Shown here one piece after another: positions 50,251-62,082 of a stretch of DNA of 64,000 nt (its first letter is position 1; every line of letters starts with the position of its first letter). The DNA is from Acidimicrobiia bacterium (GTDB lineage Bacteria; Actinomycetota; Acidimicrobiia; Spongiisociales; ZC4RG35): NCBI GenBank assembly GCA_965215185.1, contig OZ244034.1, positions 640,001 through 704,000 on the forward strand. The letters are read 5' to 3'. The translations under genes were made by a program, and so were the position numbers. Under the pieces are notes generated by a model. The model had not been told where the DNA came from and ran no database searches. It saw only the letters and a list, made by a program, of their open reading frames with translations.

Positions 50251-50903
50251 TCGAATTGGGAGGGGTATTTCTGGCGGGGATCGGGATTGGACTGGCGGTT
50301 GACAGATGGATTGCCCGTCGGCTTGCACAAAGCGGCCTGGGAAGATCTCCCACCTGGCGACCGGCCACCCGATGGATGCTCACCGCCGCGCTGGGCGTCG
50401 GATGGGCTGCGATGTTGCGGAAGGCGGGCTGGACCTGGGTCCTGCCCGCTCATGTGGTGTGGGTGACTGTCACTGGCGCTTTGGTCATGACGGATCTGGA
50501 GCACAAATTGATTCCCAATCGCATCCTTTACCCAGGCACAGCTATAACCGGCGTCCTGCTCCTGATCGGCGCCCTGGCAGAACGAACTCCCGGGCGACTG
50601 GCAAGCGCGGCCCTCGGTGCATTACTCTGTCTGGCGGGCATGGGTGTCCTGTCGGTGTTGGGCAAAGACGCCCTCGGCATGGGAGACGTCAAACTCTCCG
50701 CGCTGCTTGGCCTGGTCTGCGGCTACCGGGGCTGGGAGGTGGCTCTCCAATCCATCCTGTCCGGATTTCTAATCGGAGGAGCCGTAGCCGTGCTCCTAAT
50801 GCCTACTCGCAAAGCCCACCGCCACACCCACGTCCCCTTTTCTCCCGCCCTGGTGGCCGGCGCTTGGTGGTCCTTTCACGGTGTCCCTCTAGACGCCGTC
50901 TGA
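50247..50903 (+). CDS. A24 family prepilin peptidase (no N-terminal Zn domain)
   Basis: TDLEHKLIPN, GMGDVKL, PFSPAL. Confidence 0.88.
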   Translation: MIELGGVFLAGIGIGLAVDRWIARRLAQSGLGRSPTWRPATRWMLTAALGVGWAAMLRKAGWTWVLPAHVVWVTVTGALVMTDLEHKLIPNRILYPGTAITGVLLLIGALAERTPGRLASAALGALLCLAGMGVLSVLGKDALGMGDVKLSALLGLVCGYRGWEVALQSILSGFLIGGAVAVLLMPTRKAHRHTHVPFSPALVAGAWWSFHGVPLDAV

Positions 50904-50996
50904 GTGTTTGCACTGTTGGTTATCTTGCCGGCAGGAGGGTGTGTCCAGCGTCACTGCCTGGATCGAGATCCTGAGCACCGCTTCGGCAGGGCATAT

Positions 50997-51710
50997 TCAA
51001 CCGGCAACTATTACCAGGCGATTCCCTGAGGGCTGGACGGGACGACTGTTGGGCCCGCCGCTCAATTCGAGGAGGCTGTCAACCTGCTCGCGGCAGATGG
51101 TGGTTGGTTGGCGCATCACATACCATCCAACCGGTTCATCGCACGGGGGAGTCGTTGTCGACCCGTCGTATCGGTAATAGCCGCTTCCGCTGGGCACGAA
51201 GCTATAAGCGTTGAGGGTGGAGCCGTCAACGACCGCGCCCTCATCTCTGGGAGCTACATCGAGGACCGCCTGTACCAGGGGGTTGTGTGCTCCCAGGTGG
51301 AACAACTGGGCCACCACCACATGGCCGGCGGCATCTGAATGGACCAGATGCAGTTCCGCCGCGAAGCGTCGTCCCTGTATCAAATGCTCGGACGGGGAAT
51401 GAATATGCGCCGTTTCCAGCTGGTAGGTCTGATGGCCGACGCTTAGCGTGTTTCCTGGTTGATAGTCGACATGCACGAACCTGCCGTCGTTGCGGACGGC
51501 TTTGGCGGCCACGCGGTAGGAGAACGAAATGGACGCCGGCCTTCCCTCCAGATATCGCCGTATGTCGATAGGGGATTGTTGTTTGCCGTCGGCGCAGGTT
51601 CGGTATTCCTCTGATATCAAGGCCCAATTCTGTGGCGCTCCGGGCCCCTCGTATCCCCACTGCACGATCTGATCCTTACAACCACGGGCCCCGTCCACCG
51701 ACGATCTCAT
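50997..51710 (-). CDS. cah: Alpha-class carbonic anhydrase
   Basis: WGYEG..PQNW, QQSPIDI, HIHSPSEH, ELHLVH, GSTTTPPC, NSRPVQP. Confidence 0.92.
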   Translation of the reverse strand: MRSSVDGARGCKDQIVQWGYEGPGAPQNWALISEEYRTCADGKQQSPIDIRRYLEGRPASISFSYRVAAKAVRNDGRFVHVDYQPGNTLSVGHQTYQLETAHIHSPSEHLIQGRRFAAELHLVHSDAAGHVVVAQLFHLGAHNPLVQAVLDVAPRDEGAVVDGSTLNAYSFVPSGSGYYRYDGSTTTPPCDEPVGWYVMRQPTTICREQVDSLLELSGGPNSRPVQPSGNRLVIVAG

Positions 51711-51902
51711 GGGGGAGGCATGGTAGCGGTAAGCCAGACCTTCTTGCCACCTGCGAAATCTGCTGGGAGGGCCGGGATGACATCAGAACACAGCTGGAGG
51801 TCGTTGAGCCCCTGCCTGTCGGGTGGCAAGGGGCGATCCGAACTCCGGTTGAGCGGGGCCGGCTTGGTGAACCACTGTTCAGGAAGGGGGGGATCTGGCA
51901 GG

Positions 51903-51908
51903 TAGCAT
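51903..51908 (+). promoter_or_regulatory. Probable -10 box for leaderless aroC transcript
   Basis: TAGCAT followed by 7 nt and then ATG (51916); no SD sequence. Confidence 0.5.
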
Positions 51909-51915
51909 CTGGGTG

Positions 51916-53073
51916 ATGCTTCGGTTTCTGACTGCGGGTGAGTCGCACGGGCCTGGATTGGTTACGGTTGTTGAGGGGTTGCCGGCTGGGTTGGCCTTCA
52001 GTGTGGAGGATTTGTCGGGGGAGTTGGCGCGGCGGCGGCTGGGGTTCGGACGGGGCAATCGGATGAAACTGGAAGAGGACAAACTGGAGATCATGGGGGG
52101 AGTTCGCCATGGCTATACGCTGGGGAGCCCGGTGGCGGTGGTCATTCGCAACACCGAGTGGCCCAAATGGGAGAAGGAGATGAGTCCCTTTCCGGGACAT
52201 GAGCCGCGGCGGGAGATGACAGCTCCTCGCCCGGGGCATGCCGACCTGGCCGGGATGATCAAGTACAACACCCACGATGCCCGCAACATCCTGGAGCGGG
52301 CATCGGCGCGGGAGACTGCGGCCAGGACGGTGGTCGGGTATCTCTCCAAGCTGCTGTTGGCTGCCTTGGACGTGGAGGTCTTCAGCCACGTTGTCGCCAT
52401 TGGTGAAGCGAAGGCTCCCGATTTACCGCTGCCGGTGCCTTCGGATTTGAAAACCATCGATCAGTCGCCGGTGCGGGTTTTCCACCCCGAGGCGGAACAG
52501 GCGATGATCGTCGAGATTGAGGCGGCCCAGAAGGACCGCAACACTCTGGGTGGGGTGGTGGAGGTGTTGGCCTACGGCCTTCCGCCCGGTATAGGCAGCC
52601 ATGTCCACTGGGACCGCAAACTGGATGCCCGGCTGGCTGGGGCCTTGATGTCAGTTCATGCCATCAAAGGAGTGGAGGTGGGAGACGGGTTCCGCTCCGC
52701 CGCCCGGCGGGGGACCGTCGCCCACGACGAGATCTTCTACGAGGAAGAAGATGGATACTTTCGGGAAACCAATCGGGCGGGAGGTACTGAGGGTGGCATC
52801 ACTTTGGGAGGGGTTCTGCGGGTGAGGGCCGCCATGAAGCCCATCTCCACCGTGATGCGTCCCCTCCAAACCGTGGATGTGAACACCCGCCAGCCACAAA
52901 AGGCCTTTCGGGAGCGTTCCGATGTGTGTGCGGTTCCCGCGGCGGGAGTGGTGGCCGAGCAGATGGTGGCAGTGATCCTGGCCCAGGAAGTGCAACGCAT
53001 GGTGGGGGGAGACACAGTTGACGATCTGCGGGCAGGATGGGAATACCACCGCAGAAAGGTGGAGGGGTTCTGA
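51916..53073 (+). CDS. aroC: Chorismate synthase
   Basis: TAGESHG, PRPGHAD, ERASARET, RSDVCAVP. Confidence 0.97.
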   Translation: MLRFLTAGESHGPGLVTVVEGLPAGLAFSVEDLSGELARRRLGFGRGNRMKLEEDKLEIMGGVRHGYTLGSPVAVVIRNTEWPKWEKEMSPFPGHEPRREMTAPRPGHADLAGMIKYNTHDARNILERASARETAARTVVGYLSKLLLAALDVEVFSHVVAIGEAKAPDLPLPVPSDLKTIDQSPVRVFHPEAEQAMIVEIEAAQKDRNTLGGVVEVLAYGLPPGIGSHVHWDRKLDARLAGALMSVHAIKGVEVGDGFRSAARRGTVAHDEIFYEEEDGYFRETNRAGGTEGGITLGGVLRVRAAMKPISTVMRPLQTVDVNTRQPQKAFRERSDVCAVPAAGVVAEQMVAVILAQEVQRMVGGDTVDDLRAGWEYHRRKVEGF

Positions 53074-53585
53074 CTCCCAAGCTGTGGCTGATCGGGATGA
53101 TGAGTTCCGGGAAGACCAAGGTGGGCCGGATAATCTCCTATCGAAGCGGCCTGCCGTTTGTGGATGTGGATGATGAGATCGTGGAACGAGCCGGGATGAC
53201 CATCCCCCAGATCTTCGCCGAGCAGGGAGAGCCGGCTTTCCGAGCCCTGGAATCCGAAGAGGTGGCCCGTATCGCCCAAGGCCGAGAGAGGATGATCGTG
53301 GCCACCGGCGGGGGAGTGATCCTGGATGCAAACAGTCGCCGCCTGATGCGCGACAGTGGACTGGTGGTGTGGCTGAAGCCCTCTCTGGTCTCGCTGATTG
53401 CCCGGGGGAAGACCCGCAACCGTCCCCTGTTGCAGGGTTATGCCGACCTGGGGGCCCGCTACACCCAAATCTGGGAGGCTCGCAAACACCTCTATGAAGA
53501 AGCCGCCCACCTGAGTATGGAAATGGATGGGAAGACTCGCGAACTGGTTGCTGAGGAAGTGTGGAGGCTGTGGAAAGCATCCTGA
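53070..53585 (+). CDS. aroK: Shikimate kinase (probable CTG start; alternative ATG at 53037)
   Basis: GMMSSGKT, GEPAFRALE, ATGGG, NRPLL. Confidence 0.93.
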   Translation: MTPKLWLIGMMSSGKTKVGRIISYRSGLPFVDVDDEIVERAGMTIPQIFAEQGEPAFRALESEEVARIAQGRERMIVATGGGVILDANSRRLMRDSGLVVWLKPSLVSLIARGKTRNRPLLQGYADLGARYTQIWEARKHLYEEAAHLSMEMDGKTRELVAEEVWRLWKAS

Positions 53586-54619
53586 TCGGGGATCGGTGCG
53601 AGATACTCGTCTCCGATGGCTTGCCTGCTCCGCTTCTTCCTTCCCGTCCGGGCCATCCTCCCGCCCGGGTGGTGGTGCTCACCCAGCCAGGAGCGGTGAC
53701 CGAGGTGGCCAGGGGGGTGGCTGCCCGCATCGCACAAGAAGCCCGGGAGGGGGCGTTGTCGGTGCACACATTGGAGATACCAGACCGTGACGAGGCCAAG
53801 ACGCTGGGGGTGGCCGAAGAGATCTACCGGGAACTCGACCGGCTCAGGGTGGGCAGATACGACACCATTGTGGGGGTGGGAGGGGGAGCCGCCACCGATC
53901 TGGCCGGATTTGTGGCCTCCACCTGGTTGCGGGGAGTGGAGGCGGTGTATGTGCCTACCACCTTGTTGGGAGCGGTGGACGCCTCTATCGGAGGCAAGAC
54001 GGGTGTAAACCGAGAGGGGAAGAACCAGGTCGGTACGTTCCGTCATCCCCGTCGGGTGGCGATCAGCATCAATGTCTTGAGGTCACTTCCGCGCCCGCTA
54101 CTCATCGAGGGGATGGCCGAGGCCCTGAAAGCCGGTTTGATCGGAGACCCCGGCCTGGCGGAGATTCTGGAGGAGCACGGGCTGTCCGCCCCTCTGGCGG
54201 AGGTGGTGCCCCGAGCGATTCGGGTGAAAGCGCAAGTCACGGCCGCCGACTTTTTCGAGACGGGACGACGGGCCATTCTCAACTACGGGCACACCATCGG
54301 CCACGCAATCGAATCGGCTACCGGCATTCCTCATGGTCACGCGGTGGCGGTGGGAATGGTGGCGGCTGGTGCGATTTCGGAGCAAAAGATGGGTTTTGCT
54401 CAACGGCTTCGGCAGCGGGAGATGATCGCCTCCTTGGGGTTGCCGCTTCGTTCTCCGAAGGTGGCTCGGGCTGTGATCATGCAACTGCTTGGGAAGGACA
54501 AGAAACGTGGGAGAGGGCCCATCCCGAAGATGGTGCTACTGGAGGACTTCGGGAAACCGGTGGTGGTTGACGTCTCCTCGGACGATCTGGAGATGGGGTT
54601 GGCAGCGGTGGGGTTGTGA
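53561..54619 (+). CDS. aroB: 3-dehydroquinate synthase
   Basis: GGGAATDLAGF, PTTLL..VDASIGGKT, LNYGHT.GH. Confidence 0.95.
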   Translation: MEAVESILIGDRCEILVSDGLPAPLLPSRPGHPPARVVVLTQPGAVTEVARGVAARIAQEAREGALSVHTLEIPDRDEAKTLGVAEEIYRELDRLRVGRYDTIVGVGGGAATDLAGFVASTWLRGVEAVYVPTTLLGAVDASIGGKTGVNREGKNQVGTFRHPRRVAISINVLRSLPRPLLIEGMAEALKAGLIGDPGLAEILEEHGLSAPLAEVVPRAIRVKAQVTAADFFETGRRAILNYGHTIGHAIESATGIPHGHAVAVGMVAAGAISEQKMGFAQRLRQREMIASLGLPLRSPKVARAVIMQLLGKDKKRGRGPIPKMVLLEDFGKPVVVDVSSDDLEMGLAAVGL

Positions 54620-54664
54620 TCCTCTACACTTTGACCTGACCTCTCCCCCACTAAAAGCGAACCC

Positions 54665-55222
54665 ATGATCTCCACCAACGATGTACGTCCCGGCATGGCG
54701 CTGGAACTTCCCGACGGGGTGTTTTCCATTGTCACTTACCAGCACGTCAAACCGGGCAAGGGGAAGGCGTTCGTAAGGATGAAGATCAAGAACGCCGAGA
54801 CGGGGCAAGTGCTGGACCGCACCTTCCGGGCGGGCGAAGATGTGCCCCGGGCCATCATCTCCCGACGTGACCACCAGTATCTGTACCGGGACGATCTGGG
54901 TTTTCATTTCATGAACATGGAGGACTATTCCCAGTTCGCCCTTTCCTCCGATGAGATTGGTGACGATGCTGGATATCTGGTGGATGGAATGAGTTTGACC
55001 ATCGCCTTCCACAAAGACCGCCCCATCGGCTTGGAACTTCCTACCTCGGTGGAGATGGAAGTTACCTACGCTGAGCCGGGGGTGAAGGGCGACCGGGTGT
55101 CAGGGGCCACCAAGGACGTCATAGTCGAGACTGGAATCAGTATCAAGACGCCGCTCTTTGTGGGGCAGGGTGACCGCATCAGGGTCGACACTCGCACCGG
55201 CGCATACCTTACCAGAGTGTGA
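54665..55222 (+). CDS. efp: Elongation factor P
   Basis: HVKPGKG, PGVKGD, VDTRTGAY. Confidence 0.97.
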   Translation: MISTNDVRPGMALELPDGVFSIVTYQHVKPGKGKAFVRMKIKNAETGQVLDRTFRAGEDVPRAIISRRDHQYLYRDDLGFHFMNMEDYSQFALSSDEIGDDAGYLVDGMSLTIAFHKDRPIGLELPTSVEMEVTYAEPGVKGDRVSGATKDVIVETGISIKTPLFVGQGDRIRVDTRTGAYLTRV

Positions 55223-56856
55223 ATATCTGGTCTGAGTGGGAGGAGACTCCCGGTCTTTTTGAAGGTCCCTCCGATGATCCGCGTTATCAGGCGCTGGGAA
55301 TCCTCTATGAGATAGCGGTCTCCGACGGATTGGATTTGGATGACGCCCTGGAGGGAAAGCTCCCCAAGGCCGAGTTGATAGTGCGGGGAGTCACCGTGCA
55401 GACAGAGCGCCTCGACTCGGTTATCGAGAAAGCCTCCCAAGGCTGGAAGGCCGGGCGGATGCCCGCGGTTGATCTGGCCATATTGCGGATGGCCGTGTTC
55501 GAGTTGCGGCATCACAGCCGTACCCCGGTGGCGGTGATCATCTCCGAGGCGGTGAGGATCGCCGGGGAGTTCTCCACCGAGCACAGCGGCCGGTTTGTGA
55601 ACGGGGTGCTGGCCACCATCGCCGGGTGGGTGCGACCCGACTTCTCGGCCGCCGGGACGGCGGAGGGAAGCGGACCCGTGGGGACGAGAATGTGGCGGCG
55701 GGCCAAGCCTGGTCTGCTGGTCACCGCCGACGGGGAGGTATTCGCCGGGCGATCGGTGGGAGCCTCGGGGACAACGGTGGGGGAGGTGGTGTTCAACACC
55801 GCCATGAGCGGTTACCAGGAGGTGTTTACCGATCCTTCGTACGCCGGCCAGATCGTGGTGATGACCGCCCCTCATATCGGCAACTACGGGGTCACCGATG
55901 ACGACTCCCAAGCAGGGCGGCCCGCAGCAGCGGGAGTGGTGATGAGATCCTATTCCCAGCGCTATTCAAATTGGCGGGCGGAAGGCAACCTGTCGGACTT
56001 TTTGACCGCCAACGGACTGGTGGCTGTGACCGGGATCGACACCCGTCGGCTGACCCGCCACATCCGCGAGCAGGGGGCGATGCCCGCTGCCATGGGGGAA
56101 GGGGCCTCCGCGGCGGAACTGGCGGCGATGGCCGCGGCCGCCCCGGTGATGGTGGGACAGGATCTCGCCTCGACGGTCTCCACCGGATCTTCCTACCATG
56201 TCTCGCCCCAAACACAGCTTCGAGGGAAGGTTGTCGCCATCGACCTGGGGATAAAACGTGATATCTTGGACCAGCTTGCTCAGCGTGGATTGGAAGTGGA
56301 GGTGATGCCTCTCGACGTCTCCGCTTCGCAGGTGCTGGACGCCCGGCCCGACGGCGTGTTCCTCTCCAACGGCCCCGGGGATCCCGAGCCGCTTCATACG
56401 GCCGTGACCACTCTTCGTGGCATCTTGGGGAAGGTTCCGGTGTTCGGGATCTGCCTGGGACAGCAGGTGATGGGATTGGCGTTGGGTGCCAAGACCTACA
56501 AGCTTCCTTTCGGACATCACGGAGGAAACCATCCGGTGCGCAGGCTCTCTGATGGAAGGGTGGAGATCACTTCCCAGAATCATGGGTTTTCGGTTGATCT
56601 TTGGTCGCTTACTGACCGCTGCGCCCCCTCCCGTGAGGGTCTGGTGACTCCCCAACTGCTGCCCGCTTCGGTTGAGTCGGACTTCGGAGCGATTGCCCCC
56701 ACCCACCAGAACCTCAACGATGGCACTCTGGAGGGACTGGAGTGTCGGGATATTCCCGCTTTCTCGGTGCAATATCATCCCGAGGCTGCTCCGGGACCTC
56801 GCGATGCTGTGGGGCTCTTCGACGACTTTATGCGTCTGATGGACCGCGGGGTGTAG
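55219..56856 (+). CDS. nusB-carA: NusB-CarA fusion (antitermination factor + carbamoyl-phosphate synthase small subunit)
   Basis: NusB motifs RMPAVDLAILR, ISEAV, FVNGVL, then a linker, then CarA motifs GEVVFNT.MSGYQE, SNGPGDP, GICLG, QYHPE with no intervening stop. Confidence 0.88.
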   Translation: MNIWSEWEETPGLFEGPSDDPRYQALGILYEIAVSDGLDLDDALEGKLPKAELIVRGVTVQTERLDSVIEKASQGWKAGRMPAVDLAILRMAVFELRHHSRTPVAVIISEAVRIAGEFSTEHSGRFVNGVLATIAGWVRPDFSAAGTAEGSGPVGTRMWRRAKPGLLVTADGEVFAGRSVGASGTTVGEVVFNTAMSGYQEVFTDPSYAGQIVVMTAPHIGNYGVTDDDSQAGRPAAAGVVMRSYSQRYSNWRAEGNLSDFLTANGLVAVTGIDTRRLTRHIREQGAMPAAMGEGASAAELAAMAAAAPVMVGQDLASTVSTGSSYHVSPQTQLRGKVVAIDLGIKRDILDQLAQRGLEVEVMPLDVSASQVLDARPDGVFLSNGPGDPEPLHTAVTTLRGILGKVPVFGICLGQQVMGLALGAKTYKLPFGHHGGNHPVRRLSDGRVEITSQNHGFSVDLWSLTDRCAPSREGLVTPQLLPASVESDFGAIAPTHQNLNDGTLEGLECRDIPAFSVQYHPEAAPGPRDAVGLFDDFMRLMDRGV

Positions 56857-56859
56857 TGA

Positions 56860-60086
<3,227 letters not shown>

Positions 60087-60090
<4 letters not shown>

Positions 60091-60764
60091 ATTTGGAGGG
60101 CGAAAAGCTCTTGGTCCGATTGGCGGTCACCGATGCCGAAGAGGCGGTCAGAGTTGCCTCGAATATGAAGGAGAGAGTGGGCGGGCTGGTAGTCGGAGTT
60201 GGTTTGTTGTTGGACCGGGGTCCGATACTGGTAGGTGCGCTCTGTGCGTTGGGTAAACCGGTGCTGGTGGATTTGGGCATCATTGATGCCCCGGAGGTGG
60301 TGGCCAGGGCGGTGGCGCGGATGGGAAAGCTAGGTGCCCGGTGGGTGAGTGTCTCCGGCTTGGTGGGCCGAACCGCGGTGCGGGCGGCAGTGGCGGAGGC
60401 CAATGAATATCCGAACACTTCGGTGGTGGTTTCCGCCACCCTCTCGGGTTGGGCCGGGGAGGATGAGCTAAAAGGGGTGGGGATCGGCGACACTCCGGGC
60501 CGGCAGGTCTCTCGGATGACCAGACTGGCCGCCGCGTCCGGCACCGGAGGGATTGTCTTTCCGGCCCGGGAGTTGGGGGTGGTCGCCCAGGTTGCGGATT
60601 CTTCCAGATTGGGAAACTTCGAGGGCCTTTCTCGAATGGCGGACACTACGTCCGGCCTATCCTCTTCGGAACACATGACTGAGATAACCGACATCATTGG
60701 GAAAGGCGCCGACTGGGTGATAGTTGCCCAGGAAGCAATCGGGAGGGCAGGTGAGGGGAAGTGA
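60087..60764 (+). CDS. pyrF: OMP decarboxylase-like protein lacking catalytic residues
   Basis: Syntenic position and PyrF-like pattern, but the DxKxxD motif reads DLGIID and FKVG reads LVVG. Confidence 0.75.
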
Positions 60765-60897
60765 ATTCCAGGCCTGGAAGGATGATTTGGCTGAGGAGAA
60801 GGAGCAATATGTTTTTGGTTTCCAACAGTTGCTTGGTATGGTATTCGACCTGTTTGGGAGCCACCCAACCGACCTGCGATTGGACATAAGGAGCATT

Positions 60898-61206
60898 ATG
60901 AAGCCACCACCTCTCACCCCCGAACAGCGTAGACAAGCACTGGTTAAAGCCGCAGCCGTTCGCAAAGGCAGGGCAGAAATCAAGGCAGATTTGAGCGATC
61001 GTCGCCTGAGCATGGTTGAACTGTTGGAGCGGACGGACGATCCGCTGGTAGGTGGAATGAAAGTTGCCGCCGCGCTGTCGGCGCTCCCGGGTCTTGGGAA
61101 GAAACGCACCAGCATGCTCATGGAGAGGGTTGGCATTCTCGAAAACCGGCGTCTTCGCGGTCTGGGAGAACGCCAGCGCGAAGCCCTCATCAGAGAATTG
61201 TCCTGA
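60898..61206 (+). CDS. mihF: Actinobacterial integration host factor
   Basis: PPLTPEQRRQAL.KAA, LPGLGK, RRLRGLG.RQ; AAGGAG RBS. Confidence 0.93.
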   Translation: MKPPPLTPEQRRQALVKAAAVRKGRAEIKADLSDRRLSMVELLERTDDPLVGGMKVAAALSALPGLGKKRTSMLMERVGILENRRLRGLGERQREALIRELS

Positions 61207-61225
61207 GAGCAGCAGTTTCGAGGTT

Positions 61226-61783
61226 TTGACCAAGCTCCCGAGCCTGGTTTTGGTGGTGTCCGGCCCCTCAGGGGTCGGCAAATCCACTGCGCTGGCCGAG
61301 TTGGCCAAACAGCGAAATGTCGAGATAGTCACTTCCTTCACCACCCGCAGATGTCGGACGAACGAGGCCGACACGGTGGACTACCACTTTGTGGACGAAA
61401 AGCAATTCCAAGAGATGGTCAGTCGAGATGAGTTCCTGGAGTGGGTCCAATACGACGGGCACTATTACGGCACTCCTCTCAAGGCTGTGGAGGAGATTGT
61501 GGAGAAAGGAGGGGTGGCGGTCCTGGAGATCGAGCGGCGGGGGGCGTTGGCGGTAAAGCAGAGATTTGCAGAGGCTGTGCTGGTATTGCTCCAACCCCCT
61601 TTTCCAGGTGAACTGGAGAGACGGTTGCGCTCCCGCGGCGCCACCGAAGAGTTCCTGAGCCGCCGTCTCGCTCTGGCGGAGCAAGATACCCCCACCTCAG
61701 ACGACCTTTACGACGAAATCTTGACCAGCACCGAAACGGGCGAAACGGTGCAAGCGTTGAGCCGTATAATCGAAGGGCGCTAA
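61226..61783 (+). CDS. gmk: Guanylate kinase
   Basis: SGPSGVGKST, TTR..R..E...DYHF, YYGT. Confidence 0.93.
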   Translation: MTKLPSLVLVVSGPSGVGKSTALAELAKQRNVEIVTSFTTRRCRTNEADTVDYHFVDEKQFQEMVSRDEFLEWVQYDGHYYGTPLKAVEEIVEKGGVAVLEIERRGALAVKQRFAEAVLVLLQPPFPGELERRLRSRGATEEFLSRRLALAEQDTPTSDDLYDEILTSTETGETVQALSRIIEGR

Positions 61784-61824
61784 GCCCCACTAACAGACGA
61801 ACATTTTGAGAGGCGGCCTTCAGC

Positions 61825-62082
61825 ATGAAAATCGAAGAAGTAGTAGACAAGATAGGTAATCGGTTCTCGGCCTCGGTGGTGGCGTCCCGTCGCGCTCGTG
61901 ACATCCAGGGTTACTACGCCCATTTGGGACAGGGCATCGGACAGTTCATCCCGCCGCAGGTGCATACCTATGCCCGCAAACCCTTGACCATTGCCATGGA
62001 GGAGATCCTGGAGGACAAAGTGGTCATGCAAACCCGCCAGGCTTCGGAAGAAAGCGAAACTCCCCAGACCCTGGAGTCTTAG
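61825..62082 (+). CDS. rpoZ: RNA polymerase omega subunit
   Basis: SRRARDI..YY, KPLTIAMEEI; position between gmk and coaBC. Confidence 0.92.
   Translation: MKIEEVVDKIGNRFSASVVASRRARDIQGYYAHLGQGIGQFIPPQVHTYARKPLTIAMEEILEDKVVMQTRQASEESETPQTLES

Noticed and set aside
50247-50903. Type IV pilus system
   Set aside because: Only a lone A24 peptidase, which is a usual aroE neighbour in actinobacteria; no pilin or assembly ATPase genes are present.
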